Virus record (IMG/VR): IMGVR_UViG_3300009152_000029
Length of the DNA: 64,000 nucleotides
Reading direction: 5' to 3' (one strand)
From: an uncultured virus (IMG/VR IMGVR_UViG_3300009152_000029)
Lineage: Duplodnaviria > Heunggongvirae > Uroviricota > Caudoviricetes
A model generated the notes under the pieces. It was not told the origin of the DNA and searched no databases. It worked only from the letters and a program-made list of their open reading frames with translations. Below are positions 42,301 to 51,000 of this stretch, in pieces. The position numbers and the translations under genes were made by a program. Positions within the stretch are counted from its first letter, which is position 1. Each line of letters begins with the position of its first letter.

Positions 42301-43934
42301 CAACAGATACCTTGAGTTCAACAAATATTTCTGCTACTACAGTTACAGCATCGTTATCTGGTAATGTAACTGGTAACGTAACAGGAAATGTTACAGGATT
42401 TGCTACAACTTCGACAAGCACAAATGTTGCTTTAGGTGCTTTGAATGCCACACACTTCATTACCTTTGTAACAGCTTCTTCTGGCGCTGGTTTAGCAGTA
42501 TCTGCTGATACTCAATTGACTTACAATCCATCAACAGATACTTTAAGTTCAACAAACATTTCAGCAACTACAGTTACTGCCTCTTTATCTGGAAACGTAA
42601 CTGGAAACGTGACTGGAAACGTGACAGGATTTGCTACAACTGCGACAAGTACAAATGTAACAGTAACTGATGCTAACCAAACTCACTTTATCACATTTGT
42701 AAATGCTTCTTCAGGTGCTGGTTTAGGTCAATCTGCTGATACAAACCTGACATATAATCCTTCAACAAATGTGTTGACTGCTGGAACATTCTCTGGAGCA
42801 ATTAGTGGTACTGTAACTGGTTTTGCATCTACTGCTCTGAGCGTAAATGTCAATGCTGCGGGAACTAATGCTGCACACTTTGTTACATTTACTACTGGTA
42901 CCAGCGGAGCAGGTTTAGCAGTATCAGCTGACACTCAATTGACTTACAACCCGTCAACAGATACATTAAGCTCAACTAACATATCAGCAACAACCGTAAC
43001 AGCATCATTGTCTGGTAATGTAACTGGTAATGTAACTGGAAATGTAACTGGATTTGCTACAACTGCTACAAGTACAAATGTAACAGTTACTGATGCTAAC
43101 CAAACTCACTTTCTCACATTTGTAAACGCATCATCAGGTTCGGGATTGGGTCATTCTACTGATACTAGTTTGACATATAATCCTTCTACTAATGTATTAA
43201 CTGCAGGTTCATTCTCTGGAGCAATTAGTGGTAATCTAACAGGATTTGCAACTACTTCAACAAGTGTTAATGTCAATGCTGCAGCAGCTTCTGGTGCTCA
43301 TTTCTTGTTGATGACAACAGGTACATCTGGTGCAGGATTAGCAGTATCTACTGATGCTGCTCTTTCATACGTACCATCTACAGACGTACTTACAGTAAGT
43401 AGCATATTTGGAAGCGGAGCTGGTCTTACGATTTCTGCTTCAGCTGCTTTGACAAATAATTCATACCTTACATTGCAAACAGTCTCTGGAGATGATTCTT
43501 CTACAAGTGACTTCTTTATTAGAGGTATTACTTCTACTGCAACATCAAAATTCTCTGTTGATGCAAATGGTAACCTTAGAGCAACAACTAAAAGCTTTGA
43601 CATTGAACACCCAACCAAGGAAGGTTACAGACTTGTATACGGTGTTCTTGAAGGCCCAGAACACGGAGTTTATCATAGAGGAACCGTTGAGGGTAGAGGC
43701 AATCTTGTTATAGAATTACCTGAATATTGGTCTGAATTAGTACACGATGACTTTACAATCAGTTTGACACCATACGGAAACTATGGAGTACATATTGTAG
43801 AGAAATCAAAGAATTCCTTTATAATAGCTGCAAATACTAATTTCTTGAATAGAAAACTTAAGCATATCAAAGTTGACTTTACTGTAATAGGTTCAAGAAA
43901 AGACGCTCCGCTTGAAATTGAGCAAAAGATATAA
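39393..43934 (+). CDS. Long repetitive fibre-like protein (1513 aa)
   Basis: 14 repeats of the type ..THF.TF...GAGL..S.DT.LTYNPST..L...GNVTG; central DRGIEFRW domain; C-terminal TKSFDIEHP...LEGPE domain; GGAG RBS. Confidence 0.8.
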   Translation: MGDQNPQDFAEKVLQSLKKSNRAVDISEQPEVVKVQEPEVVKVQEPEVVKVQSADFRALGQPSGSGGGPGAGGNKDIVIIPGYGGAAATSVSQINFYWNAPTTPDSTGVDTNVRSTIYNYATTGTQPVLAFGGYDGATLYKPFPNYGGGTGVTAKIWIYPTLGRMDTDYMYFNVGTGATNDNGALYYDSTGLRLRFGLGSGTAKTIAYTDDIPTIAAIATTAASIFVSVTDANATHYPLFANATNGSGLGASTDSNLTYNPSTNTLTVGAVSSAFTGNLTGFATTATSTSVTTTNADNPHYIIFVNAVSGAGLGQSTDSNLTYNPNSNALTAGSFSGSLVGNVTGNVTGFATTATSVNVAAGAANASHFVTFTTGTSGSGLAVSADTQLTYNPSTDTLSSTNISATTVTASLSGNVTGNVTGFATTAASTNVALGALNASHFITFVTASSGAGLAVSADTQLTYNPSTDTLSSTNISATTVTASLSGNVTGNVTGNVTGFATTATSTSVSATNANQTHFITFVNASAASGLGQSTDTDFTYNPSTNVLTAGSFSGPLTGNVTGNVTGFATTATSINVAAGAAAASHFVLFSPTQTGSGVAVSTDSTLFYNPNTDTLSATNFSGAFSGTISGVASTANNVGLQSAAENSTHYLVFSALQSSTAGAGAALSTDVSITLNPSTNAMSIGTGQLTANGVIVGSSSNTINTTSGNLTLDSVGGQTNVNDNLVITGNLTVQGTTVTVDSTVSTIVDPVIVIGSGVGGTHSTLDNNQDRGIEFRWSNAGTATTGFFGFNDTDGKFRFIPNATTTAGSNIYSGTAGTAVFFAIEATLAGNAAGTAATYTNFFGTLVGNVTGNVTGFAQTANSTNVTVTDANQTHFVTFVNASSGSGLGQSADTSLTYNPSSNTLTAGLFSGPLTGNVTGNVTGFATTATSVNIALGAANATHFVTFSTGSSGAGLAVSADTQLTYNPSTDTLSSTNISATTVTASLSGNVTGNVTGNVTGFATTSTSTNVALGALNATHFITFVTASSGAGLAVSADTQLTYNPSTDTLSSTNISATTVTASLSGNVTGNVTGNVTGFATTATSTNVTVTDANQTHFITFVNASSGAGLGQSADTNLTYNPSTNVLTAGTFSGAISGTVTGFASTALSVNVNAAGTNAAHFVTFTTGTSGAGLAVSADTQLTYNPSTDTLSSTNISATTVTASLSGNVTGNVTGNVTGFATTATSTNVTVTDANQTHFLTFVNASSGSGLGHSTDTSLTYNPSTNVLTAGSFSGAISGNLTGFATTSTSVNVNAAAASGAHFLLMTTGTSGAGLAVSTDAALSYVPSTDVLTVSSIFGSGAGLTISASAALTNNSYLTLQTVSGDDSSTSDFFIRGITSTATSKFSVDANGNLRATTKSFDIEHPTKEGYRLVYGVLEGPEHGVYHRGTVEGRGNLVIELPEYWSELVHDDFTISLTPYGNYGVHIVEKSKNSFIIAANTNFLNRKLKHIKVDFTVIGSRKDAPLEIEQKI
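39480..39548 (+). repeat. 24-bp tandem repeat, ~2.9 copies (PEVVKVQE)
   Basis: CCTGAAGTTGT(T/A)AAAGTTCAAGAA repeated nearly perfectly. Confidence 0.95.
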
Positions 43935-43940
43935 ACTAAA

Positions 43941-43974
43941 TTTCAGAAGGCAGAGTAAAATCTGCCTTCTGAAA
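43941..43974 (+). terminator. Perfect 14-bp stem-loop after the 1513-aa gene (terminator or mRNA stabiliser)
   Basis: TTTCAGAAGGCAGA-GTAAAA-TCTGCCTTCTGAAA; no U-tract on the + strand. Confidence 0.6.
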
Positions 43975-43985
43975 CAGGATAATCA

Positions 43986-44240
43986 ATGAAATTCAGGATT
44001 CTCCAAGCAGGAAACTTAAATGTTGCTTGGCTTACAATCGAAGAAGGGAATATTAATATAGAGACAGGCATAAGATTTATGTACTGTCTTTATGATTATG
44101 ATATGCAGCCTCTTGAAAGAAAAAATTATCAAATCAATGGTGATGATTTTGCAAATATAGGTAACAGTGGAAAAGATACAAGAATTGCAATTTTAGAGTT
44201 ATTATTAGTTTCACTCAATGCTGTTATTGTAAAGGAATAG
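43986..44240 (+). CDS. Small hypothetical protein (possible fibre assembly factor)
   Basis: 84 aa ORF between fibre genes with AGGA RBS. Confidence 0.55.
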   Translation: MKFRILQAGNLNVAWLTIEEGNINIETGIRFMYCLYDYDMQPLERKNYQINGDDFANIGNSGKDTRIAILELLLVSLNAVIVKE

Positions 44241-44248
44241 CATAAAAA

Positions 44249-45373
44249 ATGCCTGCTGATGTCATTATTAATCCAACCAGTGGAGAGATTTATTGGAATG
44301 ACAGCGCTGGATCTCCTCAATCAATTTCTATACGTGGTGATTCTCAAAATAAAATTGATATCATAGGATATTCTTCGGGTTTTTCTCCTGCTTCGAGTGG
44401 TATTGGCACATTTGTTATTGCCACTTTCAATGATAACTCTGGAACATCTGCTTTCACCCCTGGAACCTCTGGCTATGACTTAGGTTCAGCGGTATTAAGA
44501 TGGAATACATTTGCTACAAATGCAAACCTTTCTGGCGTATTACTTGTTGGAGATTCTACAAACACAACTTCACTTATTACTGGTGCTGCTAGACTAAATG
44601 GTGGCATAGCAATATCTTCAAATGCATCAATTGGGCAAACTCTTTTACTATTCAACGGTGCAAACTTTAGTGGATTAAGAAGTTCAGCGACAGGAAATAC
44701 TGTCTACGTATTACCTGCTACATCTCCAGCAATTGGATCATCAGTTTTATCTTCTACTGCAGCAGGTGTGATGAGTTGGGTGCCTCTTGCAGCATCCGGT
44801 GGTGGTGTTGCTACTGGTGTTGCTAATAGGATGGCTTATTACGCAACTGCAGGAAGTGCCGTCACAGATTCTTATGGATTTGAGTACACTTCTGCTGGAC
44901 AAGGTCAAACTATTTCAGTATTTGGCGGAGCAGCGATTGGAAACACAATTTTTGTTATTTCTGCTCCTACCACCACAACAGTCAGAGTTGGAATAGGAGT
45001 ATCAAATCCCCAATTTCAGCTTGAAGTTAATGGTGAAATTTCTGCAACAAATAAATCTTTTGTAATTAATCACCCAACAAAGCCTGGTATGAAACTTCGA
45101 TATGGATCTTTAGAAGGTCCTGAAAATGGAGTTTATATCAGAGGCATATCTACTTCTAATATTATTTATTTACCAGATTATTGGCTGGGATTAGTTGATT
45201 ACAATACAATAACTGTTCACTTAACACCTATTGGAAAAAATAATTCACATTATTTCTTAAAATGTGAAGATAACAAAGTATACATAGGAACATCTTTATT
45301 TAAAAAAATAAATTGTTTTTATTCTATATGGGCTGAAAGAAAAGATATACCTAAACTAACTGTGGAGTACTAG
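44249..45373 (+). CDS. Fibre-like protein with C-terminal KSF.I.HP/LEGPE domain
   Basis: NKSFVINHP...YGSLEGPENGVYIRG...LPDYW; shares the GNTVYVLPATSP module. Confidence 0.75.
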   Translation: MPADVIINPTSGEIYWNDSAGSPQSISIRGDSQNKIDIIGYSSGFSPASSGIGTFVIATFNDNSGTSAFTPGTSGYDLGSAVLRWNTFATNANLSGVLLVGDSTNTTSLITGAARLNGGIAISSNASIGQTLLLFNGANFSGLRSSATGNTVYVLPATSPAIGSSVLSSTAAGVMSWVPLAASGGGVATGVANRMAYYATAGSAVTDSYGFEYTSAGQGQTISVFGGAAIGNTIFVISAPTTTTVRVGIGVSNPQFQLEVNGEISATNKSFVINHPTKPGMKLRYGSLEGPENGVYIRGISTSNIIYLPDYWLGLVDYNTITVHLTPIGKNNSHYFLKCEDNKVYIGTSLFKKINCFYSIWAERKDIPKLTVEY

Positions 45374-45374
45374 T

Positions 45375-46064
45375 ATGGGACATTATCATAATCCGCAAGT
45401 TGTCACCAATGGATTAATAATGGCTATTGATGCTTCTAATCCGAGATCTTATCCTGGTTCTGGCACAGCAATATTTGATCTCACTGACAAAGGAGCAAAT
45501 GGAACAATTAATGGCACAGTCCCTTTTGTTGGCGCTGGTTCTTCTAGTTATTGGAATTTTGCCACAGCTGCATCAACAAAGTTTATTTCATCAACTTTGT
45601 CTCAACAATATTTAGATTGTACTATTGTATTTTACCCTGATTTTGCACTGAACAGTAATGCAGCATTGGTAGGTCTGATAGCAGCTTCAAATGACACTAC
45701 AAATACAGATAAAAGTATGAGATTTAATAATGCAAATGGCACTGGTCCTTGGACTGTTAGAGCGTCAGCAGGTCTTAATGGTGATGACTGGGGAAATCCT
45801 GGTACTACTTATTATGTTAATGGTTCAGCAGTAGCTGATGGTGCATCTTTAGTAAATGGGTGGAATATATTAGGTGCTTATAGAACTAATCAAACAACAT
45901 TTCCGGCATCATTTACATATTTTTTAGGGACAGAAGGGTATAGTGGGGCAGTAAGAGATTTTCAAGGGAGAATTGCTATGTGCCTCTTATACAATAGACA
46001 ACTTTCTGCTGCTGAACACGCTAAAAATTATAATGCCTTAAAAAGTAGGTTTGGGCTAACATAA
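45375..46064 (+). CDS. LamG/ConA-like protein 8
   Basis: NGLIMAIDASNPRSYPGSG...LYNRQLSAAE...RFGL. Confidence 0.75.
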   Translation: MGHYHNPQVVTNGLIMAIDASNPRSYPGSGTAIFDLTDKGANGTINGTVPFVGAGSSSYWNFATAASTKFISSTLSQQYLDCTIVFYPDFALNSNAALVGLIAASNDTTNTDKSMRFNNANGTGPWTVRASAGLNGDDWGNPGTTYYVNGSAVADGASLVNGWNILGAYRTNQTTFPASFTYFLGTEGYSGAVRDFQGRIAMCLLYNRQLSAAEHAKNYNALKSRFGLT

Positions 46065-47329
46065 TGGGAAGTAAAGTTGGACAAAGAAAATTAAGTGAAA
46101 ATAGAGGGCAAGACTTTTCTAGTAACTTGACCTTTGAATTTGATGCAAGTTCTCAAAGAATTTTTCAATACGTTGATTTAGGAAGTGGATTAGGTGTTAG
46201 TATGCAAAAATATTCATCCACTATAAATCCCAATCAATTAATGCAGTCATTTCATTTGTCTGGTGCAACTGATGCTTGGACTGCTCCTTTGATTAGAAAC
46301 CCTCCAAAATCATTTATTTCTGGAGCATATACACAACAAACAACAGAAAGAGAAATTAAAGATTCTACATTTGAATTGAATAATAGCACTCCGTTTACAG
46401 TAATTTGTGTCTTGCAATGGGCGAATAATTCTAATGAATATAGATCTGGATTTATGGTCAATGGATTTGTCAATAATAAAGGATGGGCTTTATATCCTGA
46501 ATCTTCAACTAAATTAACTTTTGTTCTTGCTAATGATTTATTTTTTGGTGGCAGAAGGGTCTATGCTGGAACTGCTATATCTTGGGGAGACTATGGACAA
46601 ACATATTTTAGTGGACAAGCTGGACCTTTTGTTTCTACAAGTGCTACATCAAGTTTTGGGCAAACATATATATTAACTTGGCAAAATAGTAATATTTTTG
46701 AATTCACATCATCAGCTACAATTTTCCCTCTTCAAAAATCTACTACTTATAGATTCGTTCCTTATATATCGCAGTTAAAAGCAGATTTACAAACTTCTAC
46801 AGGCAGTACAGTTTTGACAGGCCCAATTATAATTGGAAATAATGGTTGGAGAAATAACCTATACAATTTTAGCGCTTCTTGGTTTCCAGCAACAGGATCA
46901 AGCATCACTCATTGGAATGCTGGTAAGGGTAATCTGTCTGACAATCTTGATTTTGGATATTCACAAGGAACAAATCCCGGTGGTGTTACAAGATATTCTC
47001 TTTATCATAGACGTTGGCTTCATTACGCTATAACTTATACTGGCACACCTCCAACAACAATTGCAGGAGTAGAAAGCGCATTTAAGATTTATTTTAATGG
47101 TGCTGCTGTTGGAACATCTGCTGAAAATAGTGCTAATTTAACAGACACATCGGATATGACTTATGATTCTACTTCCAGATTCAGATTTTTTATGGAAAAG
47201 TCAGATTCCGGCTCCAATGCTGGAATTACTGCCAATATTGGTTTTTGTCAAATATATAACAGAGCGCTTACGGCAACAGAAATATCTACACAATATAATT
47301 CTATTAAAAATAGATTTGGATTACCATAA
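46064..47329 (+). CDS. LamG/ConA-like protein 9 (with large insertion)
   Basis: WLHYAITY...IYFNG...IYNRALTATEI...RFGLP; 421 aa. Confidence 0.7.
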   Translation: MGSKVGQRKLSENRGQDFSSNLTFEFDASSQRIFQYVDLGSGLGVSMQKYSSTINPNQLMQSFHLSGATDAWTAPLIRNPPKSFISGAYTQQTTEREIKDSTFELNNSTPFTVICVLQWANNSNEYRSGFMVNGFVNNKGWALYPESSTKLTFVLANDLFFGGRRVYAGTAISWGDYGQTYFSGQAGPFVSTSATSSFGQTYILTWQNSNIFEFTSSATIFPLQKSTTYRFVPYISQLKADLQTSTGSTVLTGPIIIGNNGWRNNLYNFSASWFPATGSSITHWNAGKGNLSDNLDFGYSQGTNPGGVTRYSLYHRRWLHYAITYTGTPPTTIAGVESAFKIYFNGAAVGTSAENSANLTDTSDMTYDSTSRFRFFMEKSDSGSNAGITANIGFCQIYNRALTATEISTQYNSIKNRFGLP

Positions 47330-47997
47330 TGGGAGTAAAAGGCGGCCCCAATGTTCCATATTGGGAAACATTTGATAATATTTTAGACCCATCTAGTAAT
47401 GTTTTGTACCCTGGAACTGGATTTACATTTAATAATCCTTTTAGATTCAGAGGATATACAGATTGGACTATGACAAACACCACGAATTTAATTGCTGGCT
47501 CGGGAGTTTCAAAATATGTCAAGCAAACAAGCAAGCAACAATTCTCGCAAAGAATAGAACAAGTTGGAAACGAGACTAGTGATAAGTATACTTTATTTTT
47601 TTCTTATAAAGTAGCACAGACAGGGACTGATTCTACAATTATGCAGATTCAATCCAATGTTTTGACATTTAGCCATAATGCTGCTGGCCAGGTAACTATG
47701 AGACATCATAATGTTGATTTTACTACCTCTGGACTTGGTATGACAGATGATGTTTGGCGACACTATGCATATACACGTTCTGGTACCGCTGCTACTATGT
47801 ATGTAAATGGTTCTGTTTTTACTACATTCACTGGATTAAGCGCTAATGGTACAGGTTCTGGAGACTCTAAAGTGTTTGACTATATTGGCTGTGATGGTGC
47901 TATTGGTTTTATTTGGTTGAATATAGGTGATGCATTATCCGATTTACAAGTTAAACAACATTACGATGCAATGAAAGGTAGATTCAGATTACCATAA
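47329..47997 (+). CDS. LamG/ConA-like protein 10 (divergent)
   Basis: WRHYAYTRSG...MYVNG...ALSDLQVKQHY...RFRLP. Confidence 0.7.
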   Translation: MGVKGGPNVPYWETFDNILDPSSNVLYPGTGFTFNNPFRFRGYTDWTMTNTTNLIAGSGVSKYVKQTSKQQFSQRIEQVGNETSDKYTLFFSYKVAQTGTDSTIMQIQSNVLTFSHNAAGQVTMRHHNVDFTTSGLGMTDDVWRHYAYTRSGTAATMYVNGSVFTTFTGLSANGTGSGDSKVFDYIGCDGAIGFIWLNIGDALSDLQVKQHYDAMKGRFRLP

Positions 47998-48040
47998 AAG
48001 ATTAAGGCTCATTTTTTTATAATAATATATAGATACTCCT

Positions 48041-51000
48041 ATGGCAAACTCCGATAAAAATATAAGAATCACAACTAGTAAAAATAAGACAACTTATCCT
48101 AATATTGTCTTTACTGGTTCTGCTGCTGGCTCATCAGTTATTACTCTTGAAGTTTTAGATGATAATACACTTTCTTTCACAAGTAATGAAGGACAAGTTT
48201 TTTCTATTGACTCTAACTTATCTTCAGGAACAATCTGGGCTGTGTCAGATATTTCTGGTGTTCCATTATTGTCTTCAAGTGCTGGTGGAACTGTTGGCCT
48301 TGCAGTTTATGGCGGTATTGTAGGAATTGGACAAACAAATCCTATATATAAATTAGATCTTAAGGGAAGTTTTGGTTTAGCTTCTTCCAATGATGGTTTA
48401 TATAATTTTATTTTTAGTAATTCAGCAGTATCAGGAAGTAATAGTTTATCAATACGGTCAGCAAATTCTTTACTACTTTATAATTCTGGAAATACTTTTT
48501 ACACAGGCTTTAAATCTAACGCTGCGACAAACATAACATATACGCTTCCAACAACAGATGGTTCATCAGGTCAATTTTTACAAACAAACGGTTCAGCTAC
48601 ACTTACTTGGGCAACTGCTACTGGGTCTGGAGGCACAGGAAGCACTGCTGGAGTAGGACAAGGTGGCCAATATGAAATGGCCTATTATCCTGGCACTGGA
48701 CTTTCTGTTATAGGATCTAATACCTTTACTAATAACACTGTTACAGGTGTAGTAAGTATTACACATGCTACAGTTGCAACAGATTCTAGTACCGGAGCCT
48801 TCAAAGTCACGGGTGGTGTCGGTATTGGCGGAAGTTTGTATGTTGGAGGTATTGGCGCAAGTATAACTGGCGTCACTTTTTCAAATTCAACAATAACTAG
48901 AGGGACTTGGAACGGTACTGCTATATCTACTACTTATGGCGGAACTGGGCAAAACTTAGGTTCTTCCTCTGGTGTATTGACCATATCTTCTGGTACTGTT
49001 TCTGCCTCAACCACCTCGTCAGCAATACTTAGTGCAATAACTGATGAAACAGGTTCAGGCGTTTTAGTCTTCAATACTCAACCTTCATTTGGTACAGGAG
49101 TCACTACAGGTGACGCAACTTTTGCTGTTTTTAATACAAATGCAACAACCATAAATGCATTTGGTGCCGCTACTGCAATGAATATTGGTGCAGCAACAGG
49201 AAAAGCTACGTTCAATTCAACTGACAATTCTATATCATCTACGACAGGTGGCTTAGTAGTTTCAGGCGGAGCTGGATTTGCAAAATCAATTAGTGTGGCA
49301 GGCAGATTACAATTACTTAATGGAGCAAATGTAACAGCATTTGTAAGTTCAGGAACAGGAAATACAGTTTATACGCTTCCTGCAACAACTCCCGCTACAG
49401 GATCATCAGTTTTACAATCAACAGCGGAAGGTGTAATGTCTTGGGTTCCTATGGTGGCATCTTCATCTTCTGGAGCTGGTTCGGGTACAGTAGCAATTCC
49501 AAATGCTCAACACTCAGTAGCTTATTATGCTGGAACTGGCGCCTCTGTTTCAGGTTCTGCTACGTTTACAAACAACACTTCAACTGGTGTAGTAAATATA
49601 TCTCACGCTACAGTATCAACAACTTCTGCTACAGGAGCACTTACAGTGTCTGGCGGTGTGGGTATTGGTGGAAGCTTGTATGTTGGTGGAATTGGTGCAA
49701 GTATTTCGGGATTGTCTGTAATACAGGGTGTGGTGAATCAAGGGACTTGGGCAGGTTCAACTATAACGGCCTTTTACGGTGGTACCGGATTTAACACATA
49801 CACAAAAGGCGATATTTTAGTAGGTTTTGGTAATACATTTATAAGACAGGGAGTTGGCTCAGATAATTTTGTCCTAACAGCCAGCGCTACATCGCCTTCT
49901 GGTGTAACTTGGGTAGCAGTGCCAGCATCTGCAGCATCATCGGTAGCAGTCATCAGTACCGTATTAGATCAAGTTTTTTATCCAACCGTAGTGTCCGCTG
50001 TATCAGGCGCTGGATTAGGTTTATCTACAGTTCCTTTTATTCAGATTAACCCTGCTAGAGGAACTTTTGCAGCAGTTGGTATATCTGCTGGAACTGCCAT
50101 AACTGTAGTAGGCAATGCAGTAGCATCAAGCACAACTACTGGGGCGCTACAAGTAATAGGAGGAGTTGGTATTGGTGGCTCATTATTTGTAGGAAGTGCT
50201 TCGAGATTCTCTGCCACTAATGTTGCATCATCTTCTGGAACTGGAGCACTTACAGTGTCTGGTGGTGTGGGTATCGGTGGAAGCTTGTATGTAGCATCTG
50301 CTTCACAGTTTGAATCATCGGTAGCTTCAATAAATGTTGGATCTGGCGCATTGGTGGTAACTGGTGGAGTAGGAATTGGGGGAAGCATAAATGCAGGAGG
50401 AGCATCCAGGTTCTCCTCAACTGCCACAGCAATTTCTATTGGAACTGGGGCATTGACCGTGACAGGTGGAGCTGGAATTGCTGGTTCATTATATGTAGGC
50501 GAAGCCTCTAGATTTACTTCTAGTATTGCATCTTTAAATTCAGGCACCGGGGCACTAACAGTCACTGGTGGCGTTGGAATCGGCGGAAGTTTAAATGTAG
50601 CATTACCATCCGAGTTTGAAGCCACTACAGCTGCCATAGATGTGGGCAGTGGAGCTCTAGTTGTAACTGGGGGAGTAGGCATTGGTGGGTCCGTATTTGC
50701 TGGAGGAGCTTCAAGATTTACCTCTAGCGCTTCATCCATAAGTTCAGGAACTGGAGCATTGACAGTAACTGGTGGTGTTGGTATTGGTGGTTCAGTATTT
50801 ACTAGCACATCAGTTCCATCAAGCATTTCAGGTGTAGTTCTAAATAATGGATTAGTAACTGTAGGAACTTGGTCTGGTTCCACTATCACATCATTCTACG
50901 GTGGTACTGGATTTAATACATATGCAGTTGGGGATATATTATATGCTGCAACTGCGACATCATTAGGTAAACTTCCCTCTGGTTCAACAAATCAAGTTCT

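Noticed and set aside
50041..50889. 282-aa antisense ORF (and similar ORFs at 24324, 31103, 43298, 51100)
   Set aside because: Shadow frames of Gly/Thr/Ala-rich repeats (PPIPTPP mirrors GGVGIGG); no independent support.
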